From contig QZJM01000004.1 in NCBI GenBank assembly GCA_003605065.1, forward strand, positions 4,863 through 68,862: a stretch of DNA of 64,000 nt, given 5' to 3'. The notes under the pieces were generated by a model, which was not told the origin of the DNA, ran no database searches, and saw only the letters and a program-made list of their open reading frames with translations. Source of the DNA: Dethiobacter sp. GTDB taxonomy: Bacteria; Bacillota; Dethiobacteria; DTU022; UBA8154. A program made the position numbers and the translations under genes. The first letter of the stretch is position 1. Each line of letters begins with the position of its first letter. This document shows, piece by piece, positions 40,065-49,592 of this stretch.

Positions 40065-40871
40065 ATGAAATATAAATTACTGGCTCTCGACCTGGATGAC
40101 ACTCTTTTAAATGAACAATTTAAAATTTCTTCCCGGAACATAGCAGCCATCCAAAAAATTGTATTAAAAGGAGTAATGGTCACCATTGCCACCGGGCGTA
40201 TGTTTCGTTCCGCCCTGCCTTATGCCCGGGAACTGAAGGTTGATTTGCCCCTTATAACATACCACGGCGCGCTGATTAAAAAAGCCGGCAGCGGAGAGGT
40301 GTTAAGGCACTGCCCCGTTCCCTACGATATGGCACTGGAAATATTAAACCTGGGAGAAGAGAAAGATTTTCACCTAAATCTTTATCTTAACGACAGGCTG
40401 TTTATAAAAGAGGAGAACGAAAATACACGCTATTATCAAACAATTGCCAGTATTCCTGTAGAGACGGTGGGTGATCTTTCCCGGTTTCTTTTAAAAGAGA
40501 AAATAGAACCAACTAAATTAACTGTAATCGACCTGGACGGGCGTTTAGAGGAACTTCAACATATGCTCCGGGGAAAATATCCTTCGCAGCTTTCCATTTT
40601 ACAATCCCGTCCTAATTTTCTGGAGATAACGCACAAGGAGGCAACCAAGGGGCAGGCTCTAAACTTTTTAGCAAAAAAGGAAGGAATTTTACGTGAAGAA
40701 ATTGTGGCGATGGGAGACAGCTACAATGATATCGATATGTTACAGTTTGCCGGGATTGGTGTGGCTATGGCCAATGCTCCTCAAGAGGTCAAAAATGCTG
40801 CCGATGTGATTACCCGGGCCAGTACCGAAGACGGGGTGGCTGCCTTTTTGGAAGAGTACTTGCTGGTATGA
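40065..40871 (+). CDS. Cof-type HAD-IIB hydrolase
   Basis: [17 protein letters not shown] and [10 protein letters not shown]. Confidence 0.93.
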   Translation: MKYKLLALDLDDTLLNEQFKISSRNIAAIQKIVLKGVMVTIATGRMFRSALPYARELKVDLPLITYHGALIKKAGSGEVLRHCPVPYDMALEILNLGEEKDFHLNLYLNDRLFIKEENENTRYYQTIASIPVETVGDLSRFLLKEKIEPTKLTVIDLDGRLEELQHMLRGKYPSQLSILQSRPNFLEITHKEATKGQALNFLAKKEGILREEIVAMGDSYNDIDMLQFAGIGVAMANAPQEVKNAADVITRASTEDGVAAFLEEYLLV

Positions 40872-40938
40872 AAGTAAGCAGGAAGCTGAGATCTGCCAAC
40901 GGTTTTGCTCAGTATTAATATTTCCGGGAGGGTCGATT

Positions 40939-41677
40939 ATGAATAAGATAAAACTTGTTGCAGATCTGCATGTTCATACTATTTCCAGCGGTCACGCGTA
41001 CAGTACGGTTGCGGAAATTATCGAAGCTGCGGCACAGAAAGGGTTGGAAGCAGTTGCCCTTACGGATCACGGTCCGGCTATGCCGGGGGGGGGGGCCGCA
41101 TCGTTATCATTTTGGCAATCTTTATGTCCTTCCGGAAAAAGAGAAAAATGTGGAGATTTTACGCGGGGTGGAAGCAAATATTATTGACAAAGACGGTACC
41201 ATTGATCTACCGGAGTATTATCTCAAGCTCCTGGATATTGTATGGGCAGGGCTCCATATTCCCTGTTTTCAGCCCGCTACGAGAAGTATAAATACTAAAG
41301 CGCTGCTTAACGCCCTGGACAATCCCTATGTGGACGGAATTGTTCATCCCGGGAATCCCGATTTTCCTATCGATGAAATTGCCGTTATTCAGGCAGCAGT
41401 GGAAAAAGGCAAGCTTCTGGAGATTAATAACAGTTCCTTCATCGTTCGCCGCGGCAGTAAAACAGGCTGCCAGGAAATTGCCCGGTTGATTTCTCATTAT
41501 CATGCCCTGGTGGCTTTAAACAGCGACGCCCATATGGCCAGGGATGTGGGCAGCAGCGAAAAAGCCCTGGGGCTGGCTGTGGAATCGGGAATCAGCCCCC
41601 GTCAGATTATCAACAGCGATCTGCGGCTGCTCAAGGACTTTTTAAAAAAAAGAGGGAAAAAACGCTTTCTAGTATGA
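40939..41677 (+). pseudogene. YcdX-like PHP-domain phosphatase, frameshifted in a G11 tract (41085-41095)
   Basis: One frame gives DLHVHT..SGHAYST...TDHGPAMPG; the next gives GPH.YHFGN...GVEANI...HPGN...EINNSS...NSDAH. Confidence 0.85.
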
Positions 41678-42049
41678 AAATAACGCTGCGTGTGCGGAAC
41701 ATATCGGGATATCCAATAAAGCCCTTAAAAACCATTTCCAGCCCCGGTTCATCCACCCAAACGAAAGCGCCTGGATTTTTCCCGCGCATTTCATAGTACT
41801 GGGCAATCCAGGAGAAATGCCGGGAAAGTGCTCCGATATCTGAACATACAGATCTTACTATTTTATAATAACAGGGGAATATTCACAAGGTTTAAAAGCA
41901 TAAAGGTTTTTGGGGTATTTATGAAGAATATAACTACCAGGCAGTAAAAATGCTTTTGGTAGATTATACGGGCATACTTTACACCTTTTTTAAAAGCGAA
42001 ATGACTGCGTAACTCCTTTTACCCGTCAAAAAAATGGAGGCCCCTGATC

Positions 42050-43102
42050 ATGAAAGGAAACAACCTGCGCATTAAAGATATTGGAGAATTTGCCTTGATT
42101 GAACGCCTGGTGGAAGTTCTGGGCCCGGCAGGACGGGGTGCAGGACAGGGCGTTATCCGGGGTATTGGTGACGATGCCGCCGTGCTGCAGAATAACCCGG
42201 GTACAAGGCTTCTGGCTTCCTGTGATATGCTGGTAGAGGGGATACACTTCGATCTTTCCTACTTTACTCCGCGTCAGCTGGGATGGAAAGCTCTGGTTGC
42301 TAATCTCAGCGATATTGCGGCAATGGGTGGAAGACCACGCTGGGCACTGGTTTCCCTGGGACTCAAACCGGAAATGAAGGTAAGTTTTGTGGAGGAAATA
42401 TATGCCGGTATTGCCGAGCTGGCAGGAAAATTCGGTGTTACCATCGTTGGTGGTGACACCTGTTCTTCGCCGGAGCGCCTGGTAATTGATATTTGTATAC
42501 TGGGTGAAGCCTACAGAGCCGAAGTGGCCTATCGTTCAGGGGCACACGAAGGAGATTTAATCCTGGTAACGGGAAAGCTGGGGGCAGCGGCAGCAGGCCT
42601 GGCTTACCTCCGTGAAGGTGGAAAAGCAGCTATTGATGGAGCTGAAGAACTGCGGCAGGCTCATCTTAAACCGGTGCCCCGCGTTAAAGAAGCGGCAATT
42701 TTGATACACAGCGGCATGGTTGGTGCCATGAATGATATTAGTGATGGCCTGGCCTCGGAACTGCATGAGATTGTCCAGGCCAGCGGCTGTGGCGCCCGTA
42801 TCTGGACCGAGCGCCTTCCCATCAGCCAGGCCACGGCCCTTATGGCTGCCCATACGGGCGTAAACCCCCTGGACTGGGCTCTTTACGGAGGGGAAGATTA
42901 CGAGCTCCTTTTAACTATTTCCGGCGAGAAGGGGTCGCCTTTAAAAGCCAGGAAACTGGGCCGAACTCTGGCCAAAGCAACGGGCACACCCCTTAATTTC
43001 ATCGGTAGGATTCTGCCTCTATCCGGAACCGTAGAGATGGTACGGCCTGATGGAGAAATAGAGCCTTTACTCCCGGAAGGGTATAACCATTTTAAAGAGT
43101 AG
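42050..43102 (+). CDS. thiL: Thiamine-monophosphate kinase
   Basis: GEFALI, GIGDDAA, NLSDIAAMG, GGDT, DISDGL and GGEDYELL. Confidence 0.95.
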   Translation: MKGNNLRIKDIGEFALIERLVEVLGPAGRGAGQGVIRGIGDDAAVLQNNPGTRLLASCDMLVEGIHFDLSYFTPRQLGWKALVANLSDIAAMGGRPRWALVSLGLKPEMKVSFVEEIYAGIAELAGKFGVTIVGGDTCSSPERLVIDICILGEAYRAEVAYRSGAHEGDLILVTGKLGAAAAGLAYLREGGKAAIDGAEELRQAHLKPVPRVKEAAILIHSGMVGAMNDISDGLASELHEIVQASGCGARIWTERLPISQATALMAAHTGVNPLDWALYGGEDYELLLTISGEKGSPLKARKLGRTLAKATGTPLNFIGRILPLSGTVEMVRPDGEIEPLLPEGYNHFKE

Positions 43103-43216
43103 CGCTGGTATGAACGGGACAACCAACACGTCTGTTCACAGTTTGGGTTTTAGAAAAGTTGTTCAATTTAACGACAGGATATTCGGGTGGAGGTTGATTT
43201 GAAAAGAGGTGCTTAA

Positions 43217-44083
43217 TTGTTTAAGGGAAGATTTGTTTTAATAACAGGTTTTTCCGGGGCAGGTAAAAGTGGGGCGCTGCATAGTTTTGAAGATCTTGGT
43301 TTTTTTTGTATGGACAACCTGCCCCCGGCATTAATCCCCAAGTTTGCCGAACTTTGCATACAATCCGGTGGGAAAATTAATCGTGTTGCCCTCGTATGCG
43401 ATATCAGGGGGGGAGAGCTTTTTAGCGGCTTGTTTGAAGCTCTGGACAGGTTGGAAGAAATGGGTTTCGATTACGAAATCCTTTTTTTGGAGGCTGCTGA
43501 GGAGGTTTTAATCCGGCGTTTTAAGGAAACAAGGCGCCGCCACCCCCTGGCGGAAAAGGGTTCCATTATGGAGGCTATCAGGGAAGAAAGGTCGCTGTTG
43601 GAGGATATCAGGGGGAAGGCGGATGCTATCATCGATACTTCCGATCTGGCTCTCGCTGATCTTAAGGAAAAAATTTACCGGATTTATGCACCGGAACAAT
43701 GGGAAAAGAATATCCTTATTACGGTGATTTCTTTTGGCTATAAATACGGGCTTCCCCTGGATGCCGACCTGATCTTTGACGTCCGTTTTTTACCGAATCC
43801 TCATTACGTGGATTCACTGCGAAACCTGGACGGAAATCAGCAGACTGTTCATAAATATATCTGGAAATGGGCCATTACGCATCGCTTTTTCCAGAAGCTA
43901 AAAGACATGGTAGGGTTTTTAATACCTTGTTATATCAAGGAAGGCAAACCCCAATTATTAATTGCCATAGGCTGCACAGGGGGTAAGCATCGCTCTGTAT
44001 CCCTGGCCAATGAACTGGCCCGCCTGCTTGCCGGGGAAAGTTACCGGGTGAGAACAGAACACCGGGATATTAATAAAGTATGA
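43217..44083 (+). CDS. rapZ: RNase adapter RapZ (YvcJ)
   Basis: TGFSGAGKS, DNLPP, SFGYKYG.P.DAD and GCTGGKHRSV. Confidence 0.95.
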   Translation: MFKGRFVLITGFSGAGKSGALHSFEDLGFFCMDNLPPALIPKFAELCIQSGGKINRVALVCDIRGGELFSGLFEALDRLEEMGFDYEILFLEAAEEVLIRRFKETRRRHPLAEKGSIMEAIREERSLLEDIRGKADAIIDTSDLALADLKEKIYRIYAPEQWEKNILITVISFGYKYGLPLDADLIFDVRFLPNPHYVDSLRNLDGNQQTVHKYIWKWAITHRFFQKLKDMVGFLIPCYIKEGKPQLLIAIGCTGGKHRSVSLANELARLLAGESYRVRTEHRDINKV

Positions 44084-44116
44084 GAAAATCCTTTATGTAG
44101 GAATAGGTGATCGATT

Positions 44117-45568
44117 TTGCGCATCTCCTGGTTGGAAAGGTTTCGTGAAGCGGCAAAATGGCTCTACCCTGGCCTGGGAGTAAAACGCTGGCTGCTGGTT
44201 GTGCTGGCGGGGTTGCTTGTTTTTATGAGCGGTCTATTTTTCTTTTGGACGCAGGGGATTATCTACCAAAATAAAGTCAGGCTGATGCTGGAATTTTTAT
44301 CCAGCATTTCTCCTCATCCCGTTTGGAGTTTCCTGCTGCTGGTGTCAGGTATATTATTGCTCTTCTGGGGATTGCAGCAAATGGGAAATGCCATTGCCAG
44401 CATCCTGCTGCCTCATCACGGCAGGCGGCTGGTAGAAAAATTATATTCCAGGCGCTATCTGGAAAAAGGTCCTAAAATTGTGGCCCTTGGGGGTGGTACG
44501 GGGCTCTCTGTGTTGATCAGGGGCTTAAAGGAATATACATCTAATATAACAGCCGTTGTAACCGTTACCGATGATGGAGGCAGTTCCGGGCGGCTCAGGG
44601 ACGAAATGGGTATACTACCTCCCGGAGACATGCGTAACTGTTTTTTGGCCCTGGCGGATACAGAGCCTCTCCTGGAACAACTTTTCCAGTACCGGTTTAA
44701 AGGGTGCGAAGGCCTGGAAGGCCACAGCTTCGGTAATTTATTTATTGCCGCTATGACGGAGATGATGGGTTTTAACCGGGCTATCCGGGAATTCAGCAAA
44801 GTACTGGCCATAAGGGGAACAGTATTACCTGTTACACTGGAACAAGTTACCCTTAAAGCAAGATTTGCTGATGGCAGCAACATGGAGGGCGAGACCAATA
44901 TAGTTAAGCAGGGGAAAGCTATTGAAAATATTTCTCTAAACCCCCCGGACTGCACTCCCCTTGCGGAGGTTATCAGCGCCATTAAAGAAGCAGATGCGGT
45001 CATCCTGGGTCCGGGAAGCCTGTACACCAGTGTCCTTCCTAATCTTCTCGTGCCAGGTGTTATAGAAGCGATCAGAGCATCCGGTGCTCTCTGTCTTTAT
45101 GTATGCAACATCATGACCCAACCCGGTGAAACAGAAGGCTTTAGTGCCTCCCGCCACCTGGATGTTCTCCGCAAACACGGCTGCTTGGAAATAATTGATG
45201 GCATTATTGTAAACAGTGCGCACGATTTTCCCTCCTCGCTGGTGCAAAAATATCAAAGGGAAGGTGCTGAAGTGGTAGCAATAGACTACCCGGTCCTTAC
45301 ACGGTTGAATATACAAATAATTGAAGCGCCCTTGCTTAATGGCAGCGAGCTTGCACGCCATGATAGTAAAAAGCTGGCTGCTCTGATCATAAACAAACTG
45401 GTGGAGCGGGAAACGGGCCTGGAAGGGCTCTGGGCCTATACCTTTATCAGCTTGAACGGAAATTTCCGTCGTGCCAAAAAAGAGATGGGTGATTATACCT
45501 GCAGTCCCTTTCCTTTCTCCCATAAAAAACTGCAGCGTTTTTTTCAAAGTACTTTTCGCAAGGTTTAA
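44117..45568 (+). CDS. yvcK: YvcK/GlmR-family protein with N-terminal membrane segments
   Basis: GGGTGLS, DDGGSSGRLR, GHSFGNL and GPGSLYTS. Confidence 0.92.
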   Translation: MRISWLERFREAAKWLYPGLGVKRWLLVVLAGLLVFMSGLFFFWTQGIIYQNKVRLMLEFLSSISPHPVWSFLLLVSGILLLFWGLQQMGNAIASILLPHHGRRLVEKLYSRRYLEKGPKIVALGGGTGLSVLIRGLKEYTSNITAVVTVTDDGGSSGRLRDEMGILPPGDMRNCFLALADTEPLLEQLFQYRFKGCEGLEGHSFGNLFIAAMTEMMGFNRAIREFSKVLAIRGTVLPVTLEQVTLKARFADGSNMEGETNIVKQGKAIENISLNPPDCTPLAEVISAIKEADAVILGPGSLYTSVLPNLLVPGVIEAIRASGALCLYVCNIMTQPGETEGFSASRHLDVLRKHGCLEIIDGIIVNSAHDFPSSLVQKYQREGAEVVAIDYPVLTRLNIQIIEAPLLNGSELARHDSKKLAALIINKLVERETGLEGLWAYTFISLNGNFRRAKKEMGDYTCSPFPFSHKKLQRFFQSTFRKV

Positions 45569-45590
45569 ATTTACAGGGAGTGAATAATAA

Positions 45591-46589
45591 ATGACCTCTT
45601 TCTCCCGCCAGGTAAAGAATGAGCTGGTAAGATATCCTTTTACAAGGCGTTGCTGTGCCCTTGCCGAACTGAGAGCTTTCATGCAAATGAACGGAAAATT
45701 GACCATCAGCCAAAAAACGGTGTCGATAGCAATGCAAACCCAGAGTGCTTCTATAGCACGGCGCCTGTTTTTACTTTTTAAATTTTGTTTCGAGGTCTCA
45801 CCGGAAATTCTTTTCTGCCGGAGAAAACAGCTGCAAAAAAACAGCACTTTTGTTTTAAGAGTACCGGAAAAAAACGACTCCTTTAAGGTTCTCCAGGAAC
45901 TGGGTTTTTTTACAGCGAACACTGAAAACCATAAACCGGTTGTAAAATTTCTTTTACAGAACCGGCTTACAGAAAGCGGCCTAAAAGAAAAATGCTGCCG
46001 GCGGGCATATTTAAGGGGAAGTTTTCTGGCCAGCGGTTCGTTAAATAACCCCAGTACGCCCTATCATTTGGAGATTGTTGCTCCTTATCACAGTTACGCA
46101 CAACTGATAAAAAATATCCTGGCCTCCTTTAATCTTGAAGCACGTTATTTTCAGAGAAAAGACGACTTTGTTATCTATTTGAAAGGTGCGGAAGAAATAG
46201 GGGAATTTTTAAGAATTGTATCTGCACATAATGCCTTGCTGAATTTCGAAAATATCAGGATTGTAAAGGGCGTAAGAAACAGGATTAATCGCCTGGTAAA
46301 CTGTGAAACAGCCAACCTGACTAAAACAGTTTTTGCCTCCCAGGAGCAGATAAGCAATATAAGGCTTATTGAAGAAGCAATGGGGTTAAAAAACATCCCT
46401 CCTTCCCTGGGTCAGGTTGCCCTGCTGCGCCTTCGCTTTCCCGAAGCAACTTTTCAGGAATTAGGAGAAATGGCTGCCCCGCCTTTAAGCAAATCCAGCA
46501 TTAACCACCGCCTGCGGCGGATTAATGCCCTGGCACGAAAAATTAAAGAGAACAGCGGCCTTAAAGAAAAACCCGGTCCGGAACAATAG
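45591..46589 (+). CDS. whiA: DNA-binding protein WhiA
   Basis: SFS..VKNEL, YLRGSFLA.GS, NRLVNCETANL and SKSSINHRLR. Confidence 0.95.
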   Translation: MTSFSRQVKNELVRYPFTRRCCALAELRAFMQMNGKLTISQKTVSIAMQTQSASIARRLFLLFKFCFEVSPEILFCRRKQLQKNSTFVLRVPEKNDSFKVLQELGFFTANTENHKPVVKFLLQNRLTESGLKEKCCRRAYLRGSFLASGSLNNPSTPYHLEIVAPYHSYAQLIKNILASFNLEARYFQRKDDFVIYLKGAEEIGEFLRIVSAHNALLNFENIRIVKGVRNRINRLVNCETANLTKTVFASQEQISNIRLIEEAMGLKNIPPSLGQVALLRLRFPEATFQELGEMAAPPLSKSSINHRLRRINALARKIKENSGLKEKPGPEQ

Positions 46590-46691
46590 TTTTTTTAAAA
46601 AGCAGGGTTTTTTCAACAATATGTCGAATAAAAATATTTTAACAGGAAACGGTTTTAACTTAAACTTAAAACAATTTGGCAGGTTATTCAT

Positions 46692-48095
46692 ATGGTTATG
46701 AATTTTGAATTAAAAATCGAACAGTCCCAAAAAATTGTTATGACTTTGGAATTGCAGCAGGCCATTGCCCTATTGCAATTGTCGGCGCTGGAATTGTTGG
46801 ATTATATTCAGGAAGAAGTTATAAATAACCCGGTACTGGAGATTCAGGAAAAGGAAGAAAATGATTTTGAAACAGAAAAAACAAGTGATAATAATCCATC
46901 CAATCCTCCGGAAAACGGTTCTTTCGAATGGGAGGAGTACTTTAACGAATTTGAGCCTTTTTATAGCAGGGATAAAATAGAATTCCATAAAAGTACAGCC
47001 GCTTCTTCCCTTGATTACTTTGCCTGCCAGGAAAAGAACCTTCAGGAACACCTTACTTTTCAACTCAAAATGTCTCTGGTAAGCGGTAAGAAGTATCTTA
47101 TTGGGGAATACCTCATCGGAAATTTGGATTCCAATGGCTACTTGCAGGGCGAAGTTACTGAACATGCCCGTTTTCTGGGAGTGGATGATGCTGAAATCCT
47201 GAAAGCCCTGGAACTGATCCAGACTTTCGAGCCCTGCGGGGTGGGGGCCAGAACTTTGCAGGAATGCCTGCTGCTCCAGCTTCGTGAGCACAAGGATGTT
47301 CATTCCTTTGCGAAGGCGGTTATTGAGGGATATTTGCCGGAGCTGGCCCGGGGCAGATACCGGGAAATTGCCCATAAGCTGGGGATCTCCATGAAAGAAC
47401 TACAGGAAGCCGTTGACTTTATCCGAACACTTAATCCTAAACCCGGGGCCTATTTAAGCGGGGCCGGGGACGTAAGATATATCATTCCCGATGTGATTGT
47501 AGAAAAAGTCGAAGGTGAATATGTCATTATTATAAATGATAATATTCCTCATCTTTTCATTAATCCCTTTTACCAGAACCTTGTGCGCTGCGGCTGTGAG
47601 GAGAGTGTGAACAGTTTTATTAAAAAACGGCTGGATAGTGCCCTGTGGCTGCTCAGGAGCATTGAGCAGAGGCGCCTGACCCTCTATAAGGTTACGGAAC
47701 AGATCATAAAAATACAAAAACCTTTTTTGGAAAAAGGGATTTACTTCCTTAAACCTTTAACCTTAAAAGATGTGGCTGATAAGATCGGTATTCACGAGTC
47801 CACTGTCAGTCGTGCTACAACCAACAAGTATGTGCAGACTCCCAGGGGACTTTATTCTTTAAAATTCTTTTTTTCCAGCAGTATTGGCGGCTTAAAGGGT
47901 GAGGTATACTCCGCTTTGAGTATTAAAGCCCATCTGAAAGAATTAATTGAGGAAGAAAAACATAATTCTCCTTATAGTGACCAGCAAATAAAAGAACTGC
48001 TGGAGAAACGGGGCATACAGCTTTCCAGGAGAACAATAACCAAATACCGTAAGGAAATGGGGATTCCTGCTTCCTCGCAGCGCCGCCGCATCTAG
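46692..48095 (+). CDS. rpoN: RNA polymerase sigma-54 factor (SigL)
   Basis: LQQAIALLQLS, HESTVSRAT and the RpoN-box variant SRRTITKYR. Confidence 0.95.
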   Translation: MVMNFELKIEQSQKIVMTLELQQAIALLQLSALELLDYIQEEVINNPVLEIQEKEENDFETEKTSDNNPSNPPENGSFEWEEYFNEFEPFYSRDKIEFHKSTAASSLDYFACQEKNLQEHLTFQLKMSLVSGKKYLIGEYLIGNLDSNGYLQGEVTEHARFLGVDDAEILKALELIQTFEPCGVGARTLQECLLLQLREHKDVHSFAKAVIEGYLPELARGRYREIAHKLGISMKELQEAVDFIRTLNPKPGAYLSGAGDVRYIIPDVIVEKVEGEYVIIINDNIPHLFINPFYQNLVRCGCEESVNSFIKKRLDSALWLLRSIEQRRLTLYKVTEQIIKIQKPFLEKGIYFLKPLTLKDVADKIGIHESTVSRATTNKYVQTPRGLYSLKFFFSSSIGGLKGEVYSALSIKAHLKELIEEEKHNSPYSDQQIKELLEKRGIQLSRRTITKYRKEMGIPASSQRRRI

Positions 48096-48124
48096 TTTAT
48101 TAAAAAAAATAAAATAATAAAAAA

Positions 48125-48163
48125 TGGGTCAAAAAAATCCCGGGCGGGTCTTTTTTTGACCCA
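48125..48163. promoter_or_regulatory. Probable CggR operator (also palindromic)
   Basis: TGGGTC-N6-ATCC-N4-CGGGTC-N6-TGAC resembles the B. subtilis CGGGAC-N6-TGTC-N4-CGGGAC-N6-TGTC operator; directly upstream of cggR. Confidence 0.6.
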
Positions 48164-48201
48164 TTTTTTATAGTATAATGTACTGGAAAGGAGGAATGTT
48201 A

Positions 48202-49260
48202 ATGACCCTGACCCCTGACCAGGAAAATTTATACCTCATAGCTCCGGAGCTCCCCGAAATTCTCGTGCGTCGCTACCGTCTTTTACGTAAAATTTATTAT
48301 TCTGCTCCCCTTGGTCGTCGCTCTCTGGCTGCCTATTTCCAGGTAGGAGAGAGAGTATTGCGCAGGGAGATAGAAATTTTACGGGATCAGGGTTTAATAG
48401 CTGTTGAGTCCAGGGGCATTACTCTTACTTCGGCCGGTGAATCCCTGGTAACGTCCATTACCCCTTCCCTTAAGTCTTTCCTGGGGTTGACGTTACTGGA
48501 GGAGAAACTTGTTAAATTATTAAAAGTAAAAGATGTAACTGTTGTACCGGGGGATTTGGAAAGTGATGAAGTTGTCCTTTTGGAAATGGGCCGTGCTGCT
48601 ACCAGGATATTAAGGGAATGTTTGAAGCCTGGTATTGTCCTGGCCGTTTCCGGGGGAACTTCCTGTGCTGCTGTTGCCGATATGCTCCCTGAAGCCCCGG
48701 CGCCTTCGGGGATTACAGTAGTTCCGGCCAGAGGCGGTCTTGGAGAAGTAGTTGATTACCAGGCTAATACCATTGCCGCCAGGGTGGCACAAAAGTTGAG
48801 AACTAATTACAGGCTGCTTCATCTTCCTGATTCCTTAAGCCAGGAAGCACTGCAAATGCTGCTCCGTGAGAAAAAAATTAAAGAGATACTGGATCTGATC
48901 AATTCGGCCAGCATTTTAATTCATGGGATTGGAACGGCTGAAGAAATGGCACGGCGCAGGGGTGCTGCCCCCGAGGAAATGGAAAGGTTGCGTGAACAAG
49001 GTGCTGTAGGGGAAGTTTTCGGGTTTTTTTACAACAGCAGGGGTGAGATCGTTGAACATATCCCCAGTCTTGGTCTTTATCTGGAGGATTTGGGCAACAG
49101 GGTGGAAAATGTAATTGTAGTGGCCGGGGGGCGCAGGAAGGCCAAAGCCATTGTCGCCGTAGTGGGAAACCACCCCCGGGATTTTTTAGTTTTGGACGAG
49201 GGAGCGGCAAAGAGGATTTTAGAGCTGTATTCAAGGAAAGGGGACACACCTCTTTTTTAA
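48202..49260 (+). CDS. cggR: Central glycolytic genes regulator (SorC/DeoR family)
   Basis: PLGRRSLA..GERVLR.E, VPGD, VPARGGLGE, QANTIA and MARRR; upstream of gap. Confidence 0.9.
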   Translation: MTLTPDQENLYLIAPELPEILVRRYRLLRKIYYSAPLGRRSLAAYFQVGERVLRREIEILRDQGLIAVESRGITLTSAGESLVTSITPSLKSFLGLTLLEEKLVKLLKVKDVTVVPGDLESDEVVLLEMGRAATRILRECLKPGIVLAVSGGTSCAAVADMLPEAPAPSGITVVPARGGLGEVVDYQANTIAARVAQKLRTNYRLLHLPDSLSQEALQMLLREKKIKEILDLINSASILIHGIGTAEEMARRRGAAPEEMERLREQGAVGEVFGFFYNSRGEIVEHIPSLGLYLEDLGNRVENVIVVAGGRRKAKAIVAVVGNHPRDFLVLDEGAAKRILELYSRKGDTPLF

Positions 49261-49358
49261 GGAAAGGGGACACACCTCTTTTTTAAGGAAAGGGGACACA
49301 CCTCCTTCAGAGGAATGTCCCCATGGAATGTCCCCGATGGAATGTCCCCGATGGAATG
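49233..49358. repeat. Two adjacent tandem arrays: a 26-bp unit x~2.8 and a 13-14-bp unit x3
   Basis: AAGGAAAGGGGACACACCTCTTTTTT at 49233, 49259 and 49285; GGAATGTCCCC(G)AT at 49312, 49325 and 49339. Confidence 0.9.
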
Positions 49359-49592
49359 CGGTAAACAATTTATCATCCTTTTAACAGGGGCTTTTAGGCC
49401 CTTAATTCTCAAGTTCTGGAGCGGCAAAACTTTTTCAGGCGATCGTGTGAACACCGATATTTTCGATGTTTAGAAGGGGTCATTTAAATATTCAACTTTA
49501 TGGTTCTGGCTATGTCCAGGTTAGGTTAATTAAGATCTGCAAAACCGGATAAAAAATAATTTTGATGCTTATATTAAAGGAGGCAGAGTTTT

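Noticed and set aside
44936-45922. 328-aa - strand ORF and the other long antisense ORFs in the track
   Set aside because: These are shadow frames of well-supported + strand genes.
49233-49358. CRISPR array
   Set aside because: The repeats are directly adjacent with no unique spacers, and there are no cas genes in the window.
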